Shown in pieces: positions 1-59,200 of a stretch of 64,000 nucleotides of DNA. The DNA lies in assembly GCA_963693365.1 (NCBI GenBank), contig CAVNZM010000008.1, forward strand, positions 2,484,763 to 2,548,762, read 5' to 3'. The notes beneath the pieces were generated by a model. The model did no database searches. It had not been told where the DNA came from and worked only from the letters and a program-made list of their open reading frames with translations. Position 1 is the first letter of the stretch. Each line of letters opens with the position of its first letter. Origin of the DNA: Amoebidium appalachense (taxonomy: Eukaryota > Protista > Ichthyosporea). The translations under genes were made by a program, and so were the position numbers.

Positions 1-72
1 CCACTCGTCAGCAAATCTCTCAACAAATTATCCCCCCCCAAGACACACACACACTTGCCCATCTGCTCCTCT

Positions 73-110
<38 letters not shown>

Positions 111-169
111 CCACCCCCCCTGCTTCCCCCAGATAACCATGAATCCAATACACTTACCTATACCCCTCT

Positions 170-950
170 CCGCCCCCACCCACCCACCCAATCCTTTCCC
201 CTCCTATTTCCACACACCCACCCCTCTCCCCTCCTCCTACTCCCACCCACCCACCCACCCCTCTCCCCTCCTCCTACTCCCACCCACCCGCCCCTCTCCC
301 CTCCTCCTACTCCCACCCACACACCCACCCCTCTCCAATTCTCCTACTCCCACCCACCCACCCACCCCTCTCCCCTCCTCCTACTCCCACCCACCCACCC
401 ACCCCTCTCCCCTCCTAATACTCCCACCCATCCACCCACCCCTCTCCCCTCCTAACTCCCACCCACCCACCCACCCCTCTCCCCTCCTAATACTCCCACC
501 CACCCACCCACCCCTCTCCCCTCCTAATACTCCCACCCATCCACCCACCCCTCTCCCCCTCCTAATACTCCCACCCACCCACCCACCCCTCTCCAATTCT
601 CCTACTCCCACCCATACACCCACCCCTCTCCCCTCCTAATACTCCCACCCACCCACCCACCCCTCTCCCCTCCTAATACTCCCACCCACCCACCCACCCC
701 TTTCCAATTCTCCTACTCCCACCCACCCACCCACCCCTCTCCCCTCCTAATACTCCCACCCATCCACCCACCCCTCTCCCCTCCTAACTCCCACCCACCC
801 ACCCACCCCTCTCCCCTCCTAATACTCCCACCCACCCACCCACCCCTCTCCCCTCCTAATACTCCCACCCATCCACCCACCCCTCTCCCCTCCTAACTCC
901 CACCCACCCACCCACCCCTCTCCCCTCTTAATGCTCCCACCCACACACCC
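170..950. repeat. C-rich minisatellite (about 36-nt unit CTCCCACCCACCCACCCACCCCTCTCCCCTCCTAATA) in DRG1 intron 3
   Basis: About 20 degenerate tandem units are directly visible. Confidence 0.9.
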
Positions 951-1185
951 ACGACCAGAGCGCCAAACACATTCAAGCATCCCATGATACCTATATGCAC
1001 ACCGTACCGAATACGTCGTCCTCCCGAACCCTTGCCAACAAGGTTACACGCATAAGTTACCAAAAAGGCATTTAACCCACTTTGTTCTCACACCTGCCCC
1101 TCTCCCTCGTGGGTCCCAACCACACGCACACACACATGTGCCCGCACAACTCCATACACGTCCTCCCGACACCCCATACACGCAC

Positions 1186-3001
1186 CTGGCACACACGTCA
1201 GTGTTGTGAACTCATATGCTGCCACTTCTGAGTGCACACCGGCCAGGTTACTCAGCAGCGTGGATTTGCCCACGGACGGGAACCCTGCACGCATGGGGGT
1301 TAGTCGGTCACACCTATCCCCAACATAACATAACTGCATGCACACTGTACCACCAGACATAGATATGTCAGTCGTGACAGTAGTGTTTAATGATATGGAA
1401 GTAACTGGGGGAGTGCTTGGTATAGGCACACCTAACAATTCAACGGGGTCAAGGGTCACGGGAACAGGTTGTGCCTACCCCTGCCCTCCCCTCCCTTCCT
1501 CTCCCAAGGCCCTCCCCTCCCCCCCCCCCCCCCCCCCCCCCCCACACACACACACCTGGAAAAAAGAAAAACATTACACAATCTCACAGCAGCAAAAAGC
1601 ACCCATCCACACGTCACATCCTACCAACGAATCCGATGCGCGCATCTCCGGACTTTGCAACATCAAACCCCTCCCCGGCGCCCTTTGCACCCTTTCCACT
1701 GGAGGGCTCAATGAGTTCACGTTTGAGCTTGGCCAACTTGGCCTTCAGCAGACCCAAGTGGTACGCTGTGGCCTTGTTCTTCTGCGTACGAGCCATCTGT
1801 GTGGAAAGAGATGTGGTGTTGGTGAGTCTGATGCTCCGGGAGGGAGGGAGGGAGGGAGGGGTGGGTGGGTGGGTGCGTGAGTGGGTGGGGTGGGGTGGGG
1901 GGGAGGGGGGGGAAGGGAGGGAGGGGAGGGGAGGGATGATGAAGGGCCTTAGAGGGAGGCATAACGTGGAAGGAAAAGCTAAACAAACAAACAAACAAAC
2001 AAACAAACAAACCAAAAAAAAAAAAAACACACAAATAAAACACAGGGCAGCGATTTGAAACAATTACAAGAGCTGAAAACACATTTCAATTCAGATAATG
2101 ATGATGGGAACAGATGTGTGTGATGAGGGGGATAAATTTTAGATTGTATTACAAAGTACGAAGTACGACGGACAACGCCATGCAACAGAATCATACAAAA
2201 GTATGCTTCATAAGGAGAGCCCATCCCCAGGGTGGGCGAGGCCAAGGGAGCGTGGAGGGGAAGACAGAGGGAGGAGAAAATAAAGGGGTGAGGGGCAAGA
2301 GAAGGGAAAAATAAAGGGGGAGGAAGCCTGGGGGGTGTCGGTAGGGCGGGGGGGGGGGGGGGGGGGGGGGGTGGTGAGGAACGGAATGTGATCCGTGATA
2401 ACTGCAGTTACAAGCCTATTCCTTTATTGCACTCATTTCCTATCAGCAGATCTCTTCCTTGTTTTTGTCAAAGGCCAACCGTTCTGTACATGTGTGAGTG
2501 TGCAAGTAAGTTGAGTGTGAGTGGTGAATGTGAATGTGAGTGTGTGAGTGCACTGTGTGCGCGTGCGTGTGTGCACGCGCGCGCGCGCGCGCATGTGTTT
2601 GTGTGTGTGCATGTGCGTGTGCGTGTGTGCGTGTGCGTGTGTGTGTGTGTGCGTGCGTGTGCGCCATAGGGGCAGTCGTAAAGGAGTACACACGAGTCCC
2701 CAATCATGGCTTTGTCTAACGCGTGCACGTTCTTGTGTCAAGTGTTCTGTGTGTGCAAGCAGTTGCGTGTAATGCCTTTACACTGCCGTGGAGACGCGTT
2801 TTTATATTTTTTTGGCTTTTTTTTTTTTTGCACACACGTAGATGAATTTCGAGAAGGTGTATGTGCCTCCCCTTCATTCGTTTTGTGTATGAATGTGGGT
2901 GTGCTTGCCAGTGCACATAAACGAGGGTGCGTGCGTGTTTGTGTGTATATGTGATGTGTGTGTTTTTGGGTGTGTGTGTGTGTGTGTTGTGTGTGTGTGT
3001 T

Positions 3002-3043
<42 letters not shown>

Positions 3044-3139
3044 TGTGTGCGGGCGCCCGCGTGTGCGGGCACGCATGTGCAGACAAGTGTAAAAGCTTGC
3101 CTCGAGCTCGATCTCCTTAATCTTGTCGACGACACTCAT
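1186..3139 (-). CDS. DRG1: Developmentally regulated GTP-binding protein 1 (DRG1/Rbg1), 5' part; exons 3101-3139, 1625-1796, 1186-1284; continues beyond the left edge
   Basis: Spliced translation [13 protein letters not shown]|[57 protein letters not shown]|[33 protein letters not shown]. Contains the P-loop GFPSVGKS and the G2 motif YEFTTL of DRG-family GTPases; ARIGFVG...SNLAGV is DRG1-type. Phases are consistent. Intron 1 is GC-AG, intron 2 is GT-AG, intron 3 has a GT donor. Confidence 0.95.
2135..2245 (-). mobile_element. Old copy of the element in DRG1 intron 1
   Basis: AAAGTACGAAGTAC..GGACAAC..AGTATGC..GAGCCCATCCCCAGGG. Confidence 0.6.
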
Positions 3140-3720
3140 TCTCTCTCTTCAGCCCCCAGCTGCGCGTCACTTGATTATGTGTGTATGAAAACGGGGGAGG
3201 AAATGCCTGCCCCAAGTTGAAAAAATAGGGAGGATGGTGTGGTGGGAAACTACGGCCGTCAGACTTGGGAGGCAAGGTTTCGCCGCGACCAAAACGAAGA
3301 AGCCAAAGCTGAAAAGATCGAAAGAAAGAGAAGGCGAATCTATGCTCTTCAGGAAGATTTCAGTTACTATACCCCTTCTCTTAGATCTTGCACCCGTTCC
3401 TCACTTTTTCCCCCTAGGCCTCTCTCCCTCTGTTTTGTGTGCGCAAACCTTCAGCGCACCGGGAAAAGTCAAGCTCGATATCACGTGATTACATCCGGTG
3501 TGACGCGTCATGTAATCTAAAGCGTCAAACCCGGTCCACCTACACTACAAAGGAATTTTAGACACTCAACTACGTCACTCAAGGCAAGAGTCAGCTTGCC
3601 AGCTGCTCGGAGTGAGCCACCTCAACCCGCAGCCGCAGGCAGACACTCAACAACAAACATCCACTTTGTTTTTGGCAGGCTCTCTTTTCTTTCCTTGCCG
3701 TAAACAAAACGCAAGCCAAC
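3140..3720. promoter_or_regulatory. Putative bidirectional promoter between DRG1 (-) and ORF 3721 (+)
   Basis: Head-to-head start codons about 580 nt apart in repeat-free sequence. Palindromes ATCACGTGAT (3480-3489) and TGACGCGTCA (3501-3510), and inverted repeat GATTACAT/ATGTAATC (3487-3517). Confidence 0.45.
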
Positions 3721-4458
3721 ATGCCTCCATCCAAAGAAACTCAAGCCCTCCTGAGATGCCTGGATGAATATGCAACCATTGACTTCCCGAAAGGAGACGC
3801 AAGTCCCACAGTGTATATGAAACTCGTTACTGCCATTTATAATGTCGGAATTGGGCCACACTTTCCCATAAACGTGTTTGTCGAGATTTCCGATGCAGTA
3901 TGTGAACGGTTATCACAGATGGCAGCTTCTAAAAGAGAAATTGTGAATGAGGCGTATGAGAGTTTCACCTCTATGGCAACGTGGGTCTGCATGAGACATC
4001 CACAACTTGAAGGCTTACATCGCAACTTCAAAATTGATGTTATTTCCCGCGCCATAATCTCTGCAGGAAATTATTACCCAGAGCTAGTAGTTCCGGCCCT
4101 CATTGACCTGTGGGTGGGAAAAAAGCTGTTGCGTTCGGCCCTTTCCTACTTCTTCAGGTCCGTAAGCAGCCTTGAAGTTGCCAGTATGAGCTTACGGAAA
4201 GACGTTTTCACCTCTAATCACATGCTTAGCGACCTGAAGATGAGCCTATTTGTCGTTATGCCATTTTGGTTTATTCTCCGTCGCCCCGGTGTTCTGGACT
4301 GCACAATCACAAGGCTGGAGCAATGGAGGGTTGAGCGTACTCGTTCGGTGGCCCTGGAACTCGCTGGGTTTCTGCGCAAGGAGACAGACAGTTTTCCAAG
4401 CGACTGGGAGAAATTCTGTGAACAGTTTCCAACGGCAGCTTTGACGCCGCTGCTTTAA
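3721..4458 (+). CDS. Intronless 245-aa hypothetical protein, paralog A; weak cullin N-terminal-repeat-like
   Basis: Long non-repetitive ORF with AAC-ATG start context and clear similarity to ORF 5688-6467 (shared TWVCMR.PQLEGL, SAGNYYPELV, HMLSDLKM.LFVVMPFW, VLDCTITRLEQWRVERTR). Cullin resemblance judged by eye only. Confidence 0.8.
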   Translation: MPPSKETQALLRCLDEYATIDFPKGDASPTVYMKLVTAIYNVGIGPHFPINVFVEISDAVCERLSQMAASKREIVNEAYESFTSMATWVCMRHPQLEGLHRNFKIDVISRAIISAGNYYPELVVPALIDLWVGKKLLRSALSYFFRSVSSLEVASMSLRKDVFTSNHMLSDLKMSLFVVMPFWFILRRPGVLDCTITRLEQWRVERTRSVALELAGFLRKETDSFPSDWEKFCEQFPTAALTPLL

Positions 4459-5687
4459 GGGGGTTGTTGAGTGATTGGATCTCAGGCTTCTCGGTGGTGG
4501 TAGTGGTTTGGGGAAATGGAGCCTCACGGGAGAGGGAGGAGGTAGATTTGTGAAGGTTACGGCGTGGAAGGATCTGGCAAAGGTACATGTACAGAAGTCC
4601 ATACAGTGATGAAAGCTTGAGGAAGCCTTTGAGGAGGCTCCTATCACCTTGCAGAGGGTGTTATTGGCAACGGTATGGTGGGTGGGTGGGTGGGGTTGGG
4701 GTTTTTTTTGGGAGGGAAGGGGGAGACGGAAGGGGTGGGGGGGATAACAGTTTAACGGTGACCCAATAATCCATACGTGCACCTCCAAGTTGCATAAACT
4801 GCTGTGCTTGTCGCTTGCACGCGTGTTGCAACCTAAGAAGTTTAAACTATATAACATGAATACACTAGGTCTTACAGTGTGCACGATACTATCATCCCAC
4901 ACACGAAGCGCACATTGAGCTCACAAGTGGCTGTTCATCGTGGCATGCAAGCCAGACACCGATGATCCTGGTGATCATGATCATAGGTTCCAGAAAGTTG
5001 CTATTTCCGATCCCCTCGTGTGACTCGTCCAACAGCAATTATCAAACCGTGCAGTTGCAAAGCAGGCAAGTTTCTGTAGTGGCCGTCAGGTGATTCGTCA
5101 AGTGTGCATGTGTGTGTATACGTACATATGCGGGGTTCCATGGGTGGGGACTTTAAAGCTACGTACATACGTAATCTGGGAGGTTAAGTTTGGTGGTGGA
5201 GAGGGAGGGAGCGGGGGAAAAGGCGGGGGGAGGGGGGGGGGGGGGGGGGGGGGGGAGAAGGGAGAGGGGTTGACGGGGGCCTGTTCCAATATGTAAGTGA
5301 CTTTTGAAATGGTCCTTTGCCTTTTTGCCGTTGAGCTGCCTCATGACAAGGTGGATGCTTTTATCAAGTGCCATGTTGGAATATGAAGAAGTACGGTGAC
5401 ATCATGCATCACGCGCACGTCATCATGTCAGTGCCACTGTGTTTTGCACTCCGTAGCAATACACGTGTTATGCCCCACCGGCACACGACTTTGCACTGTG
5501 ACGGGCCATGGCCTCCTATAAAATCTTATGACAGGCCCGGTTTGAAGCCTGCAGGCCTAGGCCTAGGACCTGACAGCCTGATACGAGATACTTGACACCA
5601 CTGTTGGCCCAGGGTGTACATGTACTCGTTTTCAACACGTGATAAGAGATTTTTTCTTCTTTCCCTCCATGTAAAACACAACCTAAC

Positions 5688-6467
5688 ATGTCTCAATACG
5701 AACGTATTCAGGCTCTTTTTGGCTGCCTAGATGATTATGCAACCGTGGACTTCCCGAAGGGAAATGCAACTCCCGCTGTGTATATGACGCTCTTTACTGC
5801 CACATACGACGTTTTTGCCGTTGCAAACGAATCAGCCCGTGACATGCTTGTCGAGATTTCTGATGCAGTTAGCGAGAGGCTCTTACAAGTGGCAACCTCC
5901 AAAAAGGAAAGTGTGAACGACGCCCATCAGAATTTCACCACCATGGTAACGTGGGTCTGCATGAGACAACCACAACTCGAAGGCTTGAGTCGGCATTTCA
6001 AGATCATTTCCTTATCTCGCACCTTGGTCTCTGCAGGAAACTATTACCCAGAGCTAGTAGCCCAGGCTCTCTTAGATCTGTGGTTGGGAAAAAAGCTCTT
6101 GCGTGCAGCCCTTTCTTCCTTCTTCAAGCAGTTGAAAAGGGGGGAGGATAGCGGATATATAGATGCACAAAGGAGGTGCTCACGTAAGGACATTTTTACC
6201 TCTGATCACATGCTTAGCGACTTGAAGATGTGCCTGTTTGTCGTTATGCCATTTTGGCCTGTTCTCCGTCGCCCCGACGGTGTTCTGGACTGCACAATCA
6301 CAAGGCTGGAGCAATGGAGGGTTGAGCGTACTCGCTTGGTAGCGCTGGAAGTCGCGGGGTTTCTGCGCAGGGAGAGAGAGAGTTTTGCAAGCGACTGGGA
6401 GACATTTTGTGAAGAATTTCCGGCAAGTTCGGCAGCCTATGGTAGGTTCGGGGGCCCTGTAGGTTAA
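5688..6467 (+). CDS. Intronless 259-aa hypothetical protein, paralog B; weak cullin N-terminal-repeat-like
   Basis: Paralog of 3721-4458 with frame-preserving indels. Flanks are also duplicated (GTGGAAGGATCYGGCAAAGG at about 4564 and about 6571). Confidence 0.8.
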   Translation: MSQYERIQALFGCLDDYATVDFPKGNATPAVYMTLFTATYDVFAVANESARDMLVEISDAVSERLLQVATSKKESVNDAHQNFTTMVTWVCMRQPQLEGLSRHFKIISLSRTLVSAGNYYPELVAQALLDLWLGKKLLRAALSSFFKQLKRGEDSGYIDAQRRCSRKDIFTSDHMLSDLKMCLFVVMPFWPVLRRPDGVLDCTITRLEQWRVERTRLVALEVAGFLRRERESFASDWETFCEEFPASSAAYGRFGGPVG

Positions 6468-7576
6468 CGTTTGGGAAGGGTAGAATGGTTTGGATCCCAT
6501 TTTTGGAATGGTAGTGGCATCGTGGGCTCCGAGAGGGGGCAAAGGGATGGGGCTGGTAGATGGAGAACGGGTGGAAGGATCCGGCAAAGGATCCGGAAGT
6601 AGACGACGTGAAGCTCAGCTATAGAAAACCTCAGGAGGAATCAGTCGTCAAACTGCCATTACATACACGTGTTGTATAAGCAAAGGTGGCAGGAGGCCCG
6701 GGCAGGGGGAGGGAGGGAAAGAGGGGGGAGGGGAGGGGGGGGGGGGGGAGGGGGGGGGGGGGACAGTTGTATATGGTTATGTTTTTCTACTGAGTCTCTG
6801 AAGTAGGTACAGTGTGCCATATGAATATCCTAGTATTAGTAAGACATATATATGCACTTTCTGTAAGCTGTACAGGCTGCCAGGCCTGCAGGGTGGCACA
6901 GTGCTGGTCTAGATCTCTTGCACAATGTTTCATGCACACTGCTAGGTAACCCACTGCATGTGTATATATATGAACACGATCTTAGAGCTACACGTGAGGC
7001 TCACATCATTGCCTCAATGCTCAGTTTACACTGTATAATATTGGGCAGAGATTCATTCCTCGATAAGTCATAATCACAAATCTTCATCCCACTGCAGAAA
7101 CGGGCCTTATAAATGCATGTTCGTCCTCCTTCCCCCCCCCCCCCCCCCCCTCCCCGGGCCCAAACCACGTTCACACCACCACCGGTACCACCTTCATTTT
7201 TTTATTTTATCTTTTGTTAACTGAGAAAGCATAGCATGTACGTGTTCCGGTGGGGGCCAACATGACAAACTGGCGACTACTAGTACGTGCACGTGCATCA
7301 CCCTACTATAGGTGGATTCCCATATGGGTGGGGATAAGGGGATTGATTAGGAGGCGCACTAATTATAAGGGGGGAGGAGGGGGGGGGGGGGGGGGGGGGG
7401 GGAATAAGATCATACGGTGCTCAGGTAGTATCATGGTCAAATCGCATATGCAATGAGCTGTACACTGATCGATAATGTTTAATGAAAATATCGCTTGTTT
7501 TTATTTTTATTTCGAAAAATACTCCCCCCCCCCTACATGCATACCCACACACACACACACACACACACCCACACAC

Positions 7577-7609
<33 letters not shown>

Positions 7610-8521
7610 GTTACGTAACTTTATTACAGCCCCTCACCTCCACATAAATAAATAGAATATAAAAATCCGGGAGGGGGAAAAAAAAAAAAAGAAAAAAGAA
7701 AAAAAGGAAACCCCTGCTCTTAACGGCTGAGCTCCGCCTGGTGCACGACGAATGCATATCATGTGAAAAGTAAACACCCTGACACCATGAAAACAATTTC
7801 GAAGGACGTGTTATGCACAGAACATACGATACGTGTAAAGAACACACTCCAAGAGCTCCAACTCACATCGATCTTCTCACACCAAAATTTCGAAACACTT
7901 CAACTTTCTCCATATCACCATGAACAATATCACAAAACACAAAAAACCACACTGTGAATGAGTTTCAACGTGTTCCCCTTTTGATGTCTTCATAAATATC
8001 TGCTACACTATATACACTGTGCCTATTGATAGTCACGCCAGATTGCTACCGTGCTTCGTTAATCAAAAGCATTAATCTATATCCTCATAAACGATACAAC
8101 GTCAATAAACTTGGTTCCCACAAACAGGAATTCAATGATCCTTGTGTAGCTTACAAAAAGGAAGAGAAAACGCTAGAACCTCCATATCCGTGTAATCAAA
8201 ATTCGTGGTTATCAATTTTATAACTTAATTGTTTCAAAGTTCTAGTCTGGTGCGCATGTGGATGATTTCTGCAATATATATAGTTTCATTTGGGCTACTA
8301 AGAACTGCAACATGTGTTCTATGTCTGTGTGTGCACATGCCCATATATATTAGCCAATTTTTTTAAAGTGTGTTGTGTGTCAATATCATTGCCCAAAAGC
8401 GCGAGACCCCCCCCCCCCCCAAAAAAAAAATCTCTTTGGATAGATATCAAATATTGATTAACGGCTAGTCTCCTATTTGGATCGTTCTAGAACCTGATAA
8501 ACTTCGGACAACCAACGGTTT

Positions 8522-54664
<46,143 letters not shown>

Positions 54665-56441
54665 ACTGCCGCCCCCAACCCCTAAAACCTGCACAGGCAA
54701 TAGTGTTGTGCACTTCTTCTTCGCCTCTGCTGTCTGTTTTCTGAGTACATCACTGAATACAAAAACCTCGCAAAAACCTCTCCGGCAAAAACGTAAGTAC
54801 TCAGTTGCAATTGAGCTCAGCACTTTTCGGAAGATGTGCCCCTTAGTCAAGGTTGATCCTCAGCGCAACGATCGGTAACCTAAAGGGCCGGGTATATGGA
54901 ATCTGTATGTTCAAGTTAGCTGCTGCTTCATCCACAAATATTACAACAAGAAATGATTTCAACTTTCTAATATATATATATGGATCATATTTAGTGTTGT
55001 AATTTCTTTCTATATGTCAATTATATGCACGCTCTCAAGCCTACAAACGTATCCTCCCAAGTTAGCGTAAACTTTTGAAGAAATGGGCTGAAATAGGGTT
55101 TACAAACATTCTCTTTTTTGACAAAAGAGCTGATTCTTGATTGGCTACAACTAGTGAGCCAGCTGCTCGCGCACGGTTATTTCCACCAATCAGCATCGTC
55201 CGACTACCTCACATGCAGCTCACATGACTCACTCATCGCGCACTCAACGAACTACGTTTTCCGGCTTCGTTTTCTAAAACTTCTCTTCATCCCATGACCC
55301 TCATCCTGGCCATTGCAATGTTTGTCTCAACTTGAGCACAACTTGAGCCTTTTTTTTTTTCCAACACACTCCAGGTTTCAGTAAGATCTCGCTCACGAGC
55401 CAGTGCTTGATGAAGCCTTGCAGGTTAGGAGGAATTGGATTGAGGTCGAGATCCAGCCTTTAGAAATTAAGAAGGGAAAGAAAGAAAAGCGTTGTGAATG
55501 CATAAAAATAAATAATAATAATAATAAGAGCATCGGTGAAGATACGTGTACACGTGTAATGGCTATTATTATGGATGCAATATTGCGAACGTTCCGTTGG
55601 ATGTGATATAACATGCTAAAACCTTCAAATTTCTAAAAGGCAATGAGAGTCCACAGTGCAGAGTGAAATTTATTTTTTTTTAAAATGACTTTATTGATGT
55701 GCTCATATGTTCGAAGGACACGAAAAAAAGATATCCCAGATATCTCGAGAGACGATTTCACTCAAATGAGAAGTAGGCTCACTGGAATACGGACGTCGAC
55801 CCAAAAGTATAAAAATACAAATAAACTAAAGGCAGGAGTGAAAACGATAAGTTGATATCTCAGCTGCCACAACAAAAAAAACCTCAATAAAGGTGACCTA
55901 ATATAAATTGAGTCACAGAAATCATTGAGTGAAACGTGTACAATTTCCCCCACCGATATTGCATATGTACTTGACAACGTGATGGGATAACTCGAAAAAC
56001 ACGAGCCATCCTGTAAGGTGCCGGTGGCAGCATTTCCCATATATGTTAAGGAAAAGGTAACTAAAGGAATAGTGTTCTCTGCACAAAGGACACAAAACTT
56101 TTTTTTTTGTTTTATTTGACTTTTTGGATGTTTCCTTTTAGTGTTTATTTTGGTTTCGAGCAATCAAAACCAGTTCATTCTGATCCCGGCCCACCGAAGG
56201 GTGGCCATGGAATAGAACACATTTAAACGGCTGTTCTTCTGTGTTTTTTTGTGTGTGTTTTATTTTTGTACCAATCAAGACCAGCTCACGGATTAGCTAC
56301 GTTTTCGCGGTCTTTCACCATACAAGTACCCAATTCGCCCTTACAGAGGGAAGTAAAAAGCAGCCCCGTCCCCCTCTTCACCCCCTCCTCCCCCCCCCCC
56401 CCCCTCCTCACCCCCCCCCCCCCCCCCCCCCCCCACCCCCC

Positions 56442-56487
<46 letters not shown>

Positions 56488-56739
56488 AAAAAACAAAAAA
56501 AGAACAGCAAAGAAAACACAAAGAAGAATAAGGGTAACGACACCGGTGACCTCTATTCCCAATTCTTGAACAAGACCTCCTCAACAACTAACGTCGAACT
56601 ACTTCATTCAAAACTTTGAACACCGCAAGCCCTAACATAGATCCGCTTATAAAAAATAAAAATAAAATAAAAAAATAAAAAATAAAAAATCAGGCCGGTC
56701 AGCACATTTTCAACTGTCAAAAAACCCAACACCTCCCTC

Positions 56740-56982
56740 CTATGCCATCTTATCGTTCCACATTTTCTTAGACTTTGTGGTTGCCTCGTGTGCTCCAGAC
56801 ATATCCTGCCCATGAGCGTCCGGATTTGCAGGCTTGGGCATCATGTAGAAGTAGCCGTAGTAGAGGGCACCAATACCAAGCACGGTCAGAATGCCCTTGG
56901 CCTCAGGAGGCATTTTTCCGGCCACCTTCTGGGCTGCACGCTGAGTGGCACCGGTGGAGGATGAGGTCTGCTGGCTCGACAT
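56740..56982 (-). CDS. 80-aa putative single-pass membrane microprotein
   Basis: AAC-ATG start context, non-repetitive coding-like composition, one hydrophobic segment GILTVLGIGALYYGYFYMM. Confidence 0.6.
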   Translation of the reverse strand: MSSQQTSSSTGATQRAAQKVAGKMPPEAKGILTVLGIGALYYGYFYMMPKPANPDAHGQDMSGAHEATTKSKKMWNDKMA

Positions 56983-57557
56983 GTTGAGTCAGACGTAATG
57001 GGTGCAGGAACACGAAACTGTGGGGATGGTTAGGAGTCTGTTGGACTTTTTTTTTTTTCCTCGCAGGGATAAAAGAGGGATGGGGGGGGGGGGGGATATT
57101 AATCAAAATATTTAGGCAAATGGGGCGGGGGGAGGTGGGGGGAGGGGGGGAGAGGGGGGGGGAGGAGGGGGGGGGGGGGGGGGGGGAGGGGGGAAGAGGC
57201 CCTGGGAGAATGTGTTGAAATGGGTACGACTATGAAAGTTTTTTTTTCTTTTCAAGTGGTGGCAGCGGGATTTTGGCAGCTTCCTTTTTTTTGTGTGTGT
57301 GGGGGGGGGGAGGAGGGGGAGGGGGGGAGGGGGGGGGGGGGGGGGGGGGGGGCTATTGGGTGCTGTACAAGTACATTAGTGCATAGTATTAGTAAAATAC
57401 GAAGAGGGTGGGAAGCTTTGACCAATAAGGTGATCCATGAATGGGGTAAAAATGATTAACAACAAAATTGTGTGACATAACAAAGGCATTAATAATTCAT
57501 TTTTTCCACTTTTTTCTTTGGCTTAGAAATATTCAGCAATTGTCCTCCCTGCCCCCC

Positions 57558-57593
<36 letters not shown>

Positions 57594-57750
57594 GTGACAC
57601 CCGTGGTTGCACCCACACGCGCGCACACAAGAAACACACACACATATACCCGTGCATGCGCACATCTACACGACACAAAAGCACACACATCGTGGTTAAA
57701 ATTATCAAACACAACCAGTCTTGAGTTTGAGTATGTTTAAGGGGAAAGAA

Positions 57751-57790
<40 letters not shown>

Positions 57791-59200
57791 CACACACAAA
57801 TTGTAAACCATTGACCCCACACGTGGACCCCGGGGGGGGGGGGACAGTGCACTGTCACACGTGTACCGTCACACAGGCGCACTAGACACGTGTGTCGCTC
57901 TATCAAAACTCCAGGATTTGGTCCCCCCACAATCTAATTTTTACCGTTGGGCTAGCACACATTCACCGATGAAATTTCCACTCCATTTCCACACCACACA
58001 TGAACTAATGCAAACACATGCAAAGCACACCTATGGCCCACCTCAAGTAAGATGCTCCAGCGGCAAGCAATTAACCCTTGTTAAAAAGCAATCCAGAAAA
58101 ATGCTTGGAAATGTAATACTATGCTGCAGTGTTCGTGTGGTTTAAATTGGCTGCTCCTTCAAGTTGGCTTCTGTTTCTTCTTGAGGGGAGAAAGAATAAA
58201 AATCGTTCACCTGTCTATGCTTACATTACAGTGACAAACTGATTGTCTGTATACTCGAAAGCTCTCTTGAACCATTCTTATCCCCGGGTTTTTCGTGAGC
58301 AGCTCATTAATGCTGTGTCCGACCTGTGAGTTTCAAAGTGATGCAAGGTCACGTGTATCATTTTGAGCTTGTTATCAATTCAGCCGAGCCAGACGTGCAC
58401 GGGCCAAGATCTCTGGGCATTTTGCTTTCAAAATATGCCCGGTGTGGTACATGTGTATACATCTTTATTCTGATCCACTCGAATCATTTCTTGTGCTTAG
58501 CTTTCCACCTGGCCATATTACCCATTCCCTCCCTCCCCCCCTGGGGGAGGGAGGGAGGGATCCCTCCTTTTCAATGCCGTGGTGGAGGGATTTTCAGTTT
58601 ACACAAACCTCATTTTTCAGATACTATTTTTCTTTTGAATTTCTTTTGATTTTCTCTCAGTCAAAGGAGAGGAAAAAGATTTTCTCTCTTTCTTTTGAAT
58701 GGGTTCTCCCCCCCCCCCCCCCCCCCCCCCTCCCCCCCCCCCCCCAAAAAAAAAAAAAAAAAAAAAAAAAAGGAAACACGATGAAGGTGCAATTTGTGAA
58801 TGAGGCTGGGCCGAACACGATATTGTCAAAACAGTACACCACAGCTGGGTCACGATCTAGCTTCTGCTGACAGCTCGAAATGTACATCAGCTATCCCGTA
58901 CCACCCGACTGCTGGTGTGATCGCGTTTTCCGAAACAAAACACAGCTCTGGGTCTCAGAGCCGTCAAAAAAGGATTTGTTGGAAGAATACCCGTGTTGGG
59001 TGTTCATCTTTTACCTACTTTCAACTACACCAACCCTGCAAAATATACCCTGCTCACCTGTCTACCCACTGTGCCAACAGTCCTTCCGTTTACCACGGAG
59101 AACAAAAAAATTATACCTTATAGAAGTTCTCTTTTCAGCCCCACAAATCTTTAACGAAATTTCTTCCAACTCTTTGAATTTATCCGCACCAAACACCACC

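Noticed and set aside
58880-59200. N-terminal extension of the 166-aa ORF 58880-59380
   Set aside because: The upstream part looks like UTR/intron (acceptor-like TTTTCAG at about 59139); the ATG at 59201 has the strong context.
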